A stretch of 45,355 bases of DNA, counting the filler, from Streblomastix strix (taxonomy: Eukaryota), in assembly GCA_008636045.1 (NCBI GenBank). It is 2 parts of 2 records of this genome, joined end to end, with 100 filler letters (N's around TTAATTAATTAA, not from the genome) between each part and the next. Parts side by side here need not be neighbours in the genome. Positions count along the whole stretch, not along the records: positions 1 to 22,637 come from SNRW01000315.1; 1 more part is not named here. The stretch is one strand, 5' to 3'. The translations under genes were made by a program, and so were the position numbers. Numbering within the stretch: position 1 is the stretch's first letter; each line of letters starts with the position of its first letter. Below, one piece after another: positions 1 through 18,900 of the stretch. Below the pieces are notes generated by a model. The model did not search any database. It was not told the origin of the DNA and saw only the letters and a program-made list of their open reading frames with translations.

Positions 1-433
1 AAAGTCCATCGTCGGGGGTTACAAGGAACTCGATTTCGCGGATGTCTCCTTGTTTGGAGAACTAGAGATTCATAAATAGAGAATTTGAGCAATGAAAAAA
101 TATGTGAAAAGAAAAAATATGTGAAAAGAAGAAATACTTTAAAATATATAAATAATTAAATTATATAAATAATTAAATTATATAAATAATTAAATTATAT
201 AAATAATTAAATTATATAAATAATTAAATTATAAAAGTAATTATATACCCTCATCTTTACATTTTTAGGAAGTTCTAAGTCTTGAAGATCTTTGGATAAG
301 TGCGCGCAACGAGGAGATAAAGCACTTTTTTACTCTTAAGGCATATCTTTCCGTTCTTTTGCACGCTTCTTTAAGTCAATCTTCAATAAATATGCGATGA
401 AATAAGAAATAAATATTCAGTGTATCATACCAT
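1..433 (-). CDS. UBC12: NEDD8-conjugating E2 enzyme Ubc12/UBE2M, 5' part (3' end outside window)
   Basis: Exons 433-431 (ATG only), 380-249 and 61-1, with GT-AG introns 430-381 and 248-62. Code-6 translation M-IDLKKRAKERKDMPQEQKSALSPRCAHLSKDLQDLELPKNVKMR-FSKQGDIREIEFLVTPDDGL matches the Ubc12 basic N-terminal extension, the 'KDIxELxLP' helix and the 'LVITPDEG' strand. Confidence 0.85.
145..234. repeat. 17-bp AT-only tandem repeat (TATATAAATAATTAAAT x~5) in UBC12 intron 2
   Basis: Directly visible tandem copies. Confidence 0.85.
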
Positions 434-792
434 TGCTGAATTAATGAATTTCTTGTAAAAAATTATTATAGAAATAAAATAAATAATAATATACTTAATA
501 GGTCAAAAAAATATGAAATAATAATAAAAAATGTTTGTATAAAGAATAAAAAATAGGCAATTTATTTAAGTAAAATTTTTAAAGTCTTTTCTCCAATATG
601 CGCGTTATTTAAATTCTTAATGTTGCAAAAATTAGTAGAAAAATAAAATTTTCATAATATTTTTATCATATTAAGTAATATTAATAATAGATACGGCGTG
701 GAAAATGCATTTTTTATTTTTTATTAATATTCGTCGGATTTATCGTTTATTGTATTTAAATAAGAAATAATATGAAAAATTCAAATTAATAA

Positions 793-1010
793 TAGAAAGA
801 ATAAAAATTAGAGAAAGAATAATAGAATGAGTTAGAGAAAGAAAAAGAGAAAGTATATGATAAAGAATAAGAATAAGAATAATAGAATGAGTTAGAGAAA
901 GAATAAAAAAAAGATTAAGAGAAAGAATAAGTATAAGAGAAAGAATAAGAGTAAGAGAAAGAATAAGAGTAAGAGAAAGAATAAGAATAAGAGAAAGAAT
1001 TAGAATAAGA
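793..1010. repeat. Purine-rich degenerate minisatellite (GAGAAAGAATAAGAGTAA-type units)
   Basis: Repeated AGAGAAAGAATAAGA units and a duplicated AATAATAGAATGAGTTAGAGAAAGAA. This explains the Leu/Ile/Ser-only ORF 740..1099. Confidence 0.75.
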
Positions 1011-1361
1011 TTCAATCTGAAAGAAATGATGTTATTGATTATAATTCTCAGTAATGAATATGATAAAGATACATTTAATAAGGAAATATGTCTCAACATA
1101 TGTAATGGATATTTATCAACAATTTAATTATAACTGTTTATTTGAATATATTAGTTTTAAACTCCATTGTTTGTGATATAATAAAAAAAATAAAATACAG
1201 ATGTGAAACAAGGAATTAATAATAATAAAAATACAATTTATTACCCTTTCTCTCCATAAAAAAGTGAAATGAAGAAAAAAAATACATTTCATATTATTTA
1301 ACAAAACTTTCTATATAAATAATCAAAAAAAAAATTTCCTCGCGTTCTTCATGGCCGTCAT

Positions 1362-2399
1362 GTACATTTTAGTACTCCTTTATTATATTATACATAAAGA
1401 GCTTCTTTAAATTTTATTTTTTTTTGCAAATCTTCTTTTTTCTTCTGCAATCTTTTCTACTTCTTCTTATTTAGCTTTAAATTCTCTTTCTTTTTATTTC
1501 TTTAATTCTTCTTCTTATTCTGCATTTAATTATTATTCTTTTTCAAAGTTTTTAATCCATTCTTATTCAGAAATATATTTCATTGAAAATGATAATTTTC
1601 CAAGTTTTTTAATCAGAATTGGTTTCTATTTCAGGAGATTTGGTTTAATTATCTTTCTTATCATTCTTAGGTTGAATGAACAGCTCAATTTGTGTTTCTT
1701 TGTTCTTTGAAGGAAGAATCTGCATAAAAATATGTAGAAAGAATTAATTGTGTTGATAATTAATTGAAATAATAATATAATATGTATAAAAAATTTCTAA
1801 TTAAAATAAAAATTCAATTTATATATTCAAATATAATTAACACATCATAATATATCATGTTGAATATATATTAAACATACATCAATATTAATAACTCCAA
1901 CTATATCATTCTTTCCAACTTTATTGTAATCTCAAACTTCAACTTCAACTTCTACTTCTTTATTACCTTGTATCTTCAGTGGATTATAAATCAGATCATA
2001 TTCTTCATTCACATAATCATAATCAAGTGTTCTTTTAGCAGTTATTATTTTCTACTCTTCATTACCATCTTGAAAAACGACAAATGGATCAGATTTTCCA
2101 AATGAATCCATCTTCTTCAGATTGCAAATAGATATATTCTTGATCTTATCAACACCATTCACGTATCAGAGGTCTTCTTCATCATATATCTATAATTATA
2201 GTTAAATATTAAAGTATTAGAATGAAATTAAATTTTTAATGAATGGATAAATCATTAAATAAATTAAAAAAGTTGATAAATTATTAATTATAGCTAAAAT
2301 ATTTGAAAGCAAACTGGTTCTTCTTCCTGCTTATCTTATTCAGAAGCACTTTTGAGTAATCTTCATTAGGCCAATGCTCTTCAGGATACGCAAATATAT
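1362..2399 (-). pseudogene. C2-domain (Ca2+/phospholipid-binding) protein fragment with charged coiled tail, pseudogene
   Basis: Spliced reading KNISICNLKKMDSFGKSDPFVVF...NEEYDLIY...EVEVEV*DYNKVGKNDIVGVINID|ILPSKNKETQIELFIQP...LGKLSFSMKY gives the classic C2 motifs (MDxxGKSDPFV, EVWDxD, ND.IG). In-frame TGA at 1932-1934 (Trp position), 2166-2168 and probably 2363-2365; the frame decays near 1400. Confidence 0.8.
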
Positions 2400-2968
2400 C
2401 TGATTATAATAATAATAATTAAAAAATAAAATTTAATAAAAATATTGTTTAAACAAAAATATTTGTTGATTTTGATTGTATATTTATTAATTCATAACAT
2501 ATATCTCAATGAAACTAATAAAAAGTTATAGCAATTTAGAAAAAAGTCGTTAAATGAAAATTTGGATAAAGCAGGATAAAGAATTATACTAGTATAATGT
2601 CATACCAAGTTGCAATAGGATAATGAAATAGTAATCATAAAGATATTGTTTTGATTAAAAATAATTTTAAATTCGAGTAAGAACAAATAATTGGATAAAT
2701 TAAATTGATTGTCGATTAAACGATTAAACTTGAGTATATAACGATTAAAAATATATAAATTGGTTGAAATGATAGATTATTAGTTGAATTAAATATTTTA
2801 TAATATTAAAATTTCTAAGTAGCGACGGGAACAATTGAGTATAATAAATTAACTTTTTAATTCTGAATAACTACACAAATAGCAATGTATTTATATAAAA
2901 ATTATCATTTATTTGTAAATCAAAAAAAATAAGTAAAAATAATAAGAAAGTATGTAATTATTTCAATG

Positions 2969-3250
2969 TCACTCTCCCAAAATCTTCATCGCGTTTCTCG
3001 CGTCTGGCGTTATTATTTCTTTGTTTCTTTTGATGAATACGATCCTAAATATGCATGTAAATATGTTTAGATATTTAGCATGTCTTAAAATTTCAAACTT
3101 CGGCTACTGTGTTGATTTTTTTTTCTGGTTTATGGTATTAAACATATAAATCTGTCAATTGTCATATATAATAAATAATAATTCATAAATATATTTCAAT
3201 TATATATAGATCATACTTGTGTGATCAACAGATAATATCTCTTCACTCAT
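2969..3250 (-). CDS. Possible small spliced hypothetical protein (~53 aa)
   Basis: Three exons joined by GT-AG introns give an open frame MSEEILSVDHTNLYVQYHKPEKKINTVAEDRIHQKKQEIITPDARNAMKILGE*. No family recognised. Confidence 0.35.
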
Positions 3251-4156
3251 AAAATATACCCTGCAACCGCCTAATATTTGAGATGTAATTTAAAAGTTCA
3301 TCTTTTTCCACGAGAAAGGTAACCAAGAATTTACCTTGGGTTTGAAATCAAACATAAGTAAGAAAAAAATCAAAATTTATAAAATAATTGTCAATTGATA
3401 GATAGAATAAAAAAATATTAAGAGGATAAAAAAAAATATTGATTGAAAGTAAATAAGTTGTTAATAACTTCAAAGTATGGAAAACGTAAAGATTAAGAAA
3501 ATTTGATGACTAAAGATCTCAAATATTTATACAGGGGAAATAATTTGAAATTTATTTAATAAGATAAAAAATTATTTTCATTGTATCGGTTTATGGAATT
3601 TCTAAAACTTGAATTAATGAGATAATTTAGCTTAAACAGCACATACGGAAGAAATGAATATTATAAATAATAAAATTAATAAATTGAGTCATAAGGAAAA
3701 TGTAGTTTAAGTGTTCTTGATATAGGTGGATATATAAAATATTTTGTCCAACAAAATATGATAAAGGTGTTCATATTAGTCATTGATGTGAATATAATAC
3801 CTTAATAATCGCTACATTAGCAGAACAATTCGACTCCACAGAAAGTGCTATTTTCAAAACCGTTTAAAGTCATAAAGTAGAAAAATTTCTATTTTTACTG
3901 TTACAAATCAATATTAATTATATTATAAAAATATTACTGAATAAATTTAGAAAAATTGAACAAAAATTATTATTTTTAAAATTTTTAAAAAAATCACCGA
4001 AAAAAAAATCTTTAAAAAAAATTTTTTTTTGATTTTTTTAAAATTCAAAATAGATTATAGAAATTTTAATTTAAATAATTTTCGTTTTTAGAAAAAAAAT
4101 AGGTATATTAGGTAATTGGATGTATTGAATCGAATTTCATTATTTGAATATTTTAG

Positions 4157-4697
4157 TATTTTGTTTACAGTATGAGCCATTATAACTCAATTAACAACAA
4201 TACTCATTATAACTTTCAAATAGAATTACAATCAATCAAAATAATTAAATCTAATTTTTATTGAAAGTTCTAATGATTATATTTATGACCTAAAATTGAC
4301 TGAGTTATGATACTTGTTAACAAATAAGTAGTTATGTTGATTGTCAGTGCATTCGAGAAAGCTTGAGCCGGTATATACGATTCACACAAAAATTTGGATA
4401 TCTTTTATATTTCCGCAATTCAAGGACTAATTCAATAAAAATTGAAATAAAAATTTTTCTCAATATTTTCTGAATTTAAAAATAAGATTAAGAATTAATT
4501 CTATTGAAACGAAAACTTTATATTTAACAATTTAGCATTTTGAATACAGCATGAGCCGATCTACATCAATAATCAACAATGCCCATTATTTCTTTCAAAT
4601 AACATTATATTCTATCAAAGCAGTCAAATATCAATTTTTATAGAAAATTCTAAATTAATAAAATTATGACTTCAAATTGATCGTTATATGATATTAT
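4157..4697. repeat. Two diverged ~150-bp direct repeats (about 4157-4315 and 4537-4697)
   Basis: ACAGTATGAGCC...TTTCAAATA...ATCAAA...TTATGACCTAAAATTGA versus ACAGCATGAGCC...TTTCAAATA...ATCAAA...TTATGACTTCAAATTGA, offset ~380 bp. Confidence 0.65.
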
Positions 4698-5453
4698 ATT
4701 TAATTATACTTAATTTATTTTTATTTGTATTGTAAAAAATATTTTATAAAAAAAATATCAATTATATAAATTTAAAAAAAACAAAAATATTGCATAATTG
4801 TATTTTATTTTATATGATTATATTGAAAATAGTTTCATTATTGTTGATGTTTACTCAAAAATTATATATAAACGTACAATTCATTTTCATCTAGTTGGTA
4901 CAACTCACACAAGCTCGATTTCTAAAATGAGAAATTTAATCAGAAAAATAAGAATAATGAAATAAAGCAAATATTCAATAAAATCATATACAGCTTATGA
5001 TATAAAAGTAACTATATATATTTAAAGTTAAGATCTAGATTTTGAGAAAATCGACCTACAAGAGTTGTTTTTTAGAAATAATGTATTCAAAAATTAATTT
5101 AAATATAAAATCAAGTTATATACAATGATTTTCCTTTGGGTTATTTGAAATATTGAAGCGAATGAAAAAAATCGCAATTTTTTTTGTACCATTTTCCCAA
5201 ATTTAGTATATTCGTCAATTTTAGTATTAATAAATAAATTTTAAATGAAATAAATTATAGGATGAATATAATTTATAGAAACTCAATTTTGATGAATTGT
5301 AAAACTTGATTGGAAAACAGGAAAATTTGCAACAGTTTTGTAAAAATTTTATCTTGCCATATAAAATATAAAAATAAGATTGAATGTTAGAATTGTGATT
5401 TATAAATATATATATTAGTTTCATAAAACTGATCAATTTCATATGTTATATGT

Positions 5454-6005
5454 ATGCAATTAAGTCTGTGCTATCTTAACTCAATGAATGCTAAAATTGA
5501 TGACGATAAAATATAAGTACTATATTTAATATTTTATTTTCATTTAATTTATTATTAATAAGTAAGGTTCATTAATTCAATTTGTTTATAAAATAATTTT
5601 ATTAATAAATTATTCAGGCTTCAGGTATAGTACCAACTGTGAATCCATCAAATAAAACACAAAATGATGTTTTTGTCCACAATTTAAAAAAAATAAATCC
5701 AATACGTTCTGAAATCAATGCAATTATACTAGATTATTATTCTAGAAATATTAAGAAAGAGGATTATATTGAAATTGAGAATTTAAATCAATTTAAACTT
5801 CCAAAATTTAATCTTTTGAACGACAATAAAACTTCATGGATAAATACCAATAAAAATAAAAATTAAAATATAATAGTATATTAAATAAAATTGAAATTTT
5901 TTATTAATATTGTATAATATTAAACTTTTTAATATGTTTCTAATATACTGATATGTCTTCTAATCTGTCTAGAGTTAAAAAGTAAAGGAGAGGGATTGGC
6001 GGTGA
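5454..6005 (+). CDS. Possible small spliced hypothetical protein or gene remnant
   Basis: Exons 5454-5516, 5618-5875 and 5973-6005 join in phase 0 via GT-AG introns and include track ORF 5639..5866. No motif recognised. Confidence 0.3.
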
Positions 6006-6498
6006 TTGTTAGATTGTCTAACAAATTTATTCAAATTATTTTACGTATATGAGTCACTACTATACTTTAAATACAAATTTTTAATCATTTGCAACATTTT
6101 ATTCACAATAAATTCCCACAATAACTTCAGACCATTTTGCGCTACTATATTCTGTTTATTTTTCTATTTTTATTGCCATATTTGATGTATACATACAATT
6201 ACAGCTCAATTTTATTTATATATGCATATATTAATACTATTTTCGTTGAACAAAATTTCGCGAGCACTAATTGCCGCGTCACTCTTATTAGACAATATTT
6301 GGACCATTTCCCATTGTTTACAATTAAACATTTGCAGCTCAGTAATATTTTTAAGCCCAACAAATTATGGTCATATCTTTTCACTGGCACTATGCTTCAT
6401 GAAATTCGCTTTGTTTTAAAAAAATTTTTTTTCGTAGGTTAATTTTTTACTTATTTCTACTATTTAATCTTGCAGAAAGTTTATTCTAGACCTTATTT

Positions 6499-11572
<5,074 letters not shown>

Positions 11573-11840
11573 ATATTAAACTTTCCCCTCTCTTTTCCTC
11601 AAATTTTTAATTATTTTATTTTATTTTATTATTATATTTATTATTATTTTATTTTTAAACCTATTATTCATCTTTGTATCAATTTTTTAATTACAACATT
11701 TAAATATCAACCATTAGAGTATATATTATATAATATCAACATTTCATATTAATCTGACATATCTATTTAAATTATCATTATACTTTATAATATTATTAAT
11801 TATTCATTATTGAACTATAATCATATAAATATAATTTATA

Positions 11841-11934
11841 TTCATTTCTCCCTTCAATTCTATTCATTTCTCCCTTCAATTCTATTCATTTCTCCCTTCA
11901 ATTCTATTCATTTCTCCCTTCAATTCTATTCATT
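11841..11934. repeat. 22-bp tandem repeat TTCATTTCTCCCTTCAATTCTA x4+
   Basis: Four perfect head-to-tail copies with no spacers. Confidence 0.9.
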
Positions 11935-12929
11935 CATTTATTCTTCACTCTCTGTTTGTATATCCATGATTCTCTTCTTAAATTTATCAATCTTTCTGAA
12001 ACACTTTCAAATATTAAGATTAAAAGAATATTAAATAAATTAATGAAATATTATATAACAAGCTAATTAATATGAAGAATAATAGCATTATTTTAATAAG
12101 CATATGATCATTCATTAGGAAGAGATATTTATTTAGTACTGATTTTATCATTTTATTTACTAAATTTGAGCTTTGAATTTTAACTTTAATCATTTATTAT
12201 TTTTTCAATTTATTAAATTTTATCTTTTCTATATTTAATTTATCTTATTAATTACTTTATCGTTTTAATTATCTGAGAATTTTTCTTCTCCTTTTTTTAT
12301 CTTTCACTTTACTTTTTATATTTCAATCTTTATCCATTTCTTCTGATTCTCTTTTTTTTAGATCAGATTGTTATTTTTCTTTCATCTTGTCTTTTATATT
12401 CTTCCATTTGCCAACTTTTGATAGTACTTTATATACAGTCGAAATTATTAGATATTTTTCACTCAATAAAAAGTTGAAGTTAAACTATTGCTTTATTTTC
12501 TAATTTACCAATAGTCCTCCATGTGGTAATTAAGGAAAGAATTCATAAACTACTGCCTTATGTTATATAAGAGTATATCTAATCAATAATCACTTCGACG
12601 TAAGATAAAACACTAACCATTACTTCCAATCTCTTTAATCTCAAGCATGATTTTGAACAAATTATATAAAAACAATTATTAAAAGCTTTTGCAATAATTA
12701 TTTTATTGTTAAAAAATATATTATTTTAAATTCTAGTGTTATTCAAAAATATATAAAACAAATGATAAAATCTAGAGAAATGTATATAGGATTAAATTTA
12801 GTTAAAATATAATTAAACGATTTTAATTCAGTTCTTCGATTATTGTTAAATATTATACAGTATAATGAGTTAAAATTTAATATAATTTAACAAGCTAAAT
12901 TAATCCTAAAATGCAATCAAATTTATTTT

Positions 12930-15900
12930 TCATTAGTTAGGTTTAACAGGAGGAGATTGCATACTATCTATTTGTTGTTTACCAATTTATTTTTCTATTT
13001 CTTTTCTTTTCTCCAAATCTATTTCTTTTATTTTTTATTTTTTATTTTCAAGTTATTCGACTTCTGATAATATCTAACTTAATCCAGTACTTGATAATTT
13101 CCTATCTTTCTTCAATTTCCCATGAGTTACTGGTTTAACTTTTGGTGAGAAAGGAGATTTAACATTTTCAACTTGTGTTGAATCTTGATGTTTGATTTAT
13201 CTTTTCGCTTATAATGGATCAAGAGTTTCTCCAGTTAAACTTCCTTGACTTTGAATTTTTTTCAATATCAGTTCTTTCTTAGCCTTTTATTTAAGATATA
13301 AAACCCAAAGCTTTATCCTTTATTCTTCTTATTCTTTTGTTTCAAAAGCAACATTTTGATCATTAAGAGCCATACCAGATTGAGCTCTTCTCTCCCGTAC
13401 TTTTTATTCTATTATTTCTTTACGCTGTAGCAATTTTTCTTTATCTTAATACTTGTGAGCAAATTATCCTTCTTGACTTTGCGTTTCTTCTTATTTCTTA
13501 TAATCATCTTCAATCTATCTTCTCCATTCTGCTTCTTCTGCTTCCTGTATCGTTTTCTCATCAGCAAGTCTCTATAATTCTTCTTCTGCCCATTTCCTTG
13601 CATCATCTTCTTTTTTCTTTCTTTTTTTATTTTTTTCTTTATATTTTCTTTCTTCTTCTTCCAATTTCTTTTTCTCTTCTTCTTATTTTTTCAAAATGTC
13701 TTCTTTTTTCTTTTTTAATCTCATTTAATCTTCTGTCATTCCATTATTTAAAACTCTTTCTTTAACTACAAATTCACGCATATTTCTTTCTTCATCTTTC
13801 ATTCTTTGTCTATCTTCTTCTAATATCATACACCCACGTTCATAATCTTCATCTTCTTTCTACCTTTGCAATGCATTTTCTTATCGTTTCAATTCATCCA
13901 AATACTGCTATATTAATAATGCTTTCTATCTTTCAATCTCTGCTAACTCTTTCTATAAATCTATATCATCATAATCTTTATCTTCCTCTTATCCCATTTC
14001 TCTTTTCTTTTTGTTTTTTGCATCTCTTTCCGCTTATCTTCTCGCTTTTTCTTATTATTTAATCTATTCTTATTCAGCTTCATATTATTTCTACAATTCT
14101 CTTTACTTTCTTTTCTCCTCTTCTTCTCTTATTCTTCTTTCATCTTCTTCTTTCCGCTTTCTGTCAGCTTCAAGTCTTTTTCTTTACATTTCGTCCTCTT
14201 TTGCTCTTCTTCTTTGTTCTTCTTCAAGTCTCTTTCGATCTTCTTCTTCTCGTTTTTTCCTTTTTTCTTCTTCTTTCTTTTTTCGAAGATATGTTTCTTT
14301 CTCATATTTCAACAAGAGAGCATCTCTTATTTTTTTATCTTCTTCATGGTCATCATACCATCTGTCAATCTCTTCTTTCGGAATAACATTATAGTCATTT
14401 CGAGCCATATATGTTGGTTCCTTTAATGTATTATTTTGATGCACATATCGTCTGACAATATCTTCCTATCTCCTTCTTTCTTCTAATTCGAGTCTTTCTT
14501 ACTCTTCTCTTCTTTTTCTATCAATCTCACTCATTCTCTTACGAAGCTCTTCTTCTCTCTTCTTCTATTCTTTTTCTTCCTCTTCATCATATATTATTTC
14601 TTCGCTAACTTCTCTATTTAAATTGATTATACCAGATTTCTTAGCTCCAAAAACATTATTTTTATAATTCATTATATCTGATACTGAATAATCCCCACCT
14701 TTTAAATTATCCTTTCCAGTATTAGCAGATTTCTTTCCTGATGGATCTTTAGAATCACCAAATTAAACATCTTAATCATACATTTCTCGTGTTTAAATTT
14801 CTCTCTTTGCAATTCTTGTTTCAAAGATGTGAGTCATACCTTATTTAGCTTCTTCGTCTTCCTATTGTTATACAATGGCTTCGTCTTCCTCTTCTTCTCC
14901 ATATTCATCAATAACATGACTTGCATCGCGATTTCTAATTATAAATTAAACAGATAATAAAATTTATAAATTAACTTAATTAATGTTATTTTAAAATATA
15001 TTATTTATAATATCTTTTAATAAATAAATATTTTACCTTAATTCTTTTATCATTTTTACGTCAAGTCCTTTAATTGGAAACATTTTAATATCAATTCTGA
15101 TTGAATTGAATTTGTTCATATCTAATGAATTGATTGGTACTGATGGACATGTCAGATACATTCGACCTATAAAAATGAAAATATCAAAGAAGAATAATAA
15201 ATAAAATTATGAATTATTAAATAAATATAAATATTAAAAATATATAAATATATATTATAAAATTACTATCATACAGAAGTTTCCTGTCTCTAATTATTCA
15301 ATATACTGAAGCAACAATTAATTGATTAACAAAATATTAATAATAAATAAAAAGTTTTTTTTAAAATAAAAAATAATATTAATAATAATTTATTACAATG
15401 ATTTAAATAACAAAATAATTATAACAATTTTAATACCAATCTGCTTTCATCATCAGCCAATAGTACAATAGCAACACCCTTCAAAGTCAAGAATTGAATC
15501 TTTCTTCTCTCATCTTTTCAAATATAAAATAATATAAAATATAGAAAAAAAAATATATTAATATAAAATAAATAATAAAAAATTAGATTAATAAAATGTA
15601 AATATAAAATATAAGATTAAAATATTAACAACATACTTATTCCTATTAAATTAGCAGGATCTCCAAATTCTATGAATAAAATTAAATAGGAAAGTAAATT
15701 GTGAAACGAATGAAATATATTCAGAAAAGAATAAAATATATTGAAAATATTTTGAAATAAAACGTATAATAAAAGTATAACATAAGTAAAAATTTCATAT
15801 AATTATTTTTATATAATAATTTTTTAAATAATATATACACCATGTTCATCCATTTGATCATCTAACTCATCATACAAAAATTATCCTTCACCAAAAACAT

Positions 15901-18900
15901 CTTCACCATTTTTCTCTCTTTCTGCTTTTTCTTCATTTTCTATAATAGCAGCCAATTAATGCATTGCATTTCTTTTCTATAGATACTAATTTTCATTCAA
16001 GAAATTGGCATTTTATTCTTAATCATATTGAAGTTAATTAATCTCATATTAAGTTAAATTTTTGTCTGTTTGTATTGAGCCATTTTCTATCTATCCACCA
16101 AACATATGAATTGGAGATGAAGATTAAGGAATCATTAAATTTGATTGAGATGTAAATGTCTATAGTTATTTATTATATTATGATACACTATTAGATGTAG
16201 AAAATTTATTTGGAAAATAATGTGATTGATTAGCGGAAAGTGGAAGAAATTAAGAACTTGAAGAGATTGCCTAAAAGCTGGATTGAGATATACTACCAGA
16301 CATTGATTAAGGACGCTGCAAACCCTGTTAAAATTACAAATAATATTAAATATTAAAAATTATTGATTGTAAATAAAAAGAAATATTGAATAATAAAATA
16401 AATCAATTAAAAATAAATATTTATAATATTGATTCTTTTTCAATTTTTATTTTGTTTATTTAATTCATACCTTTTGTGATTATATTTCAGATCCAGAAAG
16501 AGCATTCGATGTGTCATTTCGAACAATTGGTGCATAGAACTCGCAAACTATTGCAGGATGACCTAAAGTAATAAAAAATAATAAAATATAATAAAAAAAT
16601 ATAAACAGAATAAGAAAAAGTTAATTTTAATAAAAAATAAACAATAAAATGATATAATTTGCAAATACAAATAAATAATCATATAATACGAATACAAATA
16701 TAATAAAAACATTTAATATATTTATTAATAAATGGTTCGTATACCTCCAAAGTATAATTTAGGATCAAAGAATGCACTTACCAAATTTCCATACCCATTC
16801 TTATCAACAAATGAAACGGAAATAATCTCACTATTCTGTTAAATAGACTATTCATATTCTAATCCCTATTTTAGTTCTTTAACAGCTTTATTTTCTTTCT
16901 CAGCTTTTATACAGTCATTCAAAGGAGGAGGAAGATGTGTGGTGTAGAATTAGTTAAGTACTTGATATGGAGGTAATGGAATCATTGGACGAACAGGGAA
17001 ATTAAACCCTTTCAAGAAATCAACATGAGGAATCCTTGAAACTTCATCATTTGGCTCAATGTTTACATCAAAGTTACGGATTATGGATAAACGGCGGTAT
17101 AATTTCTTTAAGTTGACATTGAATTGCAGATGTTGATATTCGTATATTGGTTATATGGGAACTGTGCGAGATGTATAATTGGGTATAGATTTCAGCTGGG
17201 CTACAATTGAATGGACTGTAGTTTGGGGTTTTAATACACGAATTCCATATGTAGGAGATGTGAATCCAACATCATCTCCATAATCTTCATTAAAACTGGC
17301 TTTGTTATCCTTTCGACTCTTCTTATGAACACCTTTTATTTGCTCATTTTAATAATTTTCATCATCGTTGTTATCTTCTGAATCATCATCTTATACTATT
17401 TCCCATTCTGCTTCGCCATCTAAGAAATCTAACAGTTGATCATCAATTGGAACTTCCTCATTCTGAATAATAGTTGGATCATATTAAAAGAGTAAATATT
17501 TGCTTTCATCTTATGGTAATATTAGAGAATATCTGTCTAATGGAGGTAAGTAAGATGGATCTATTCTATTTGCTCCTTATCCAGGATTTGCATTATTATC
17601 TCCAGTTCCAAATAATCCTGCAATTCCACTTTGCAATCTTTGTATTTTATTCTCCTGTGCAAGTACAGGAACTTATCCTCTTTTGACTTCGTTGAAGTTC
17701 ACTATTGAATACTGAGATTGACCTGGAACATCTTTTGTTCCAATCATATCATCTCCATCTCCAAGATCACTAAACATAGGCAAATAATTACGCCAGAACT
17801 ATTCACCACTCCATTCAAACTGATTTTGCTGTTGTTATTGAGCGATTTATAATTAAGATGATTAATCTTGAGCAACTATAGATGTAGATGTAATAGGAGG
17901 TGACGACAGTTATTAATTAATGTTTGGTTGCTTCACGATTTATGTATATATACTTTCAACTTTACCTTCATAACGATTATCAAATTATCGGCGAGCAATT
18001 ATCATGTTATCAGTTGGCAAATTAACTATTTTCTTATCAACAAAGCCAAATGATGTTTTATATCTATTCCATCCATCTTCTAAGTTAGCTTGCACTGTAT
18101 TAATATCATATGTATTATCAATCCTTTTCATTTTTCTTTACGTGACTCCTGATAATTCTCCTTTTCCTTCAATTATTGATTTTCCATCAATTATATTTTT
18201 AGTCAAATTTTATCCTTGCCTTTCATTTGCATTATTGTCGTTCATATTCTTCTTCCCTAAAAATTATAACCATTTACCCCAATTTCCTTTTCCAACTCTC
18301 CATGTACGAACAGGTCGTTTCTTGATTGGAACGCAAGTGAATGAAAGAGATTTCCTGTGAAAATAATAAATGATCAAATTGATTAAGTTGAATGATAAAT
18401 GTTATATATAATATAAAATAAAAATGTCTATTATCCCATATTATATATAATTCAATTTATTCATATAATAATACCTTGGATATCCTTCTTTACTCATAAA
18501 TAAGCTCATTTCAGGATCATTCTCATCTATTTTGAATTCTTCCTTTTAAAATTCTGTTTATATAGCTCCAATTGTACTCTTCTTTGAAAGTAGTTGTTTT
18601 GAGCTTTATTTTTTCTTTTTCAATCTTTTTAAAGTTTTCATTTCATTTTCTTTCTTTTATAATAAATCTCTTCTTTTTCTGTAATTTTTAATATCTTCCC
18701 ATTCTTTCATACTATCTCCAGCAACACGAGAAACTACAACTGGCGGGTATGGTGGATTCTTTGAACTTGTAAGTGGTAAGTATAACTGCATCTATATTCC
18801 TATTTTTGGAGCTTCAAACATTCTGATATTAAAATATATGAATAATAAATATATGTTTTTCGACAAAATTAAATATATATTTTCATTTATATTTCATATA

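Noticed and set aside
740..1099. 119-aa Leu/Ile/Ser-rich ORF as a membrane protein
   Set aside because: It is the antisense reading of a purine-rich minisatellite.
3970..4050. AT-rich inverted repeat (TTTAAAAAAATCA...TGATTTTTTTAAA)
   Set aside because: Homopolymer-dominated and expected by chance at this base composition.
6137..6442. Overlapping track ORFs 6137, 6199 and 6222
   Set aside because: No motifs, non-ATG starts in two of the three, and they lie in the likely promoter region upstream of the kinase ATG at 6499.
11841..11934. 22-bp repeats as a CRISPR array
   Set aside because: Head-to-tail copies with no spacers, no cas genes, and a eukaryotic context.
11950..12600. Minus-strand charged coding-like stretch (IKSWQMEEYKRQDEEKQQ...)
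   Set aside because: Short frames broken by TGA and shifts with no recognisable domain; too weak to call.
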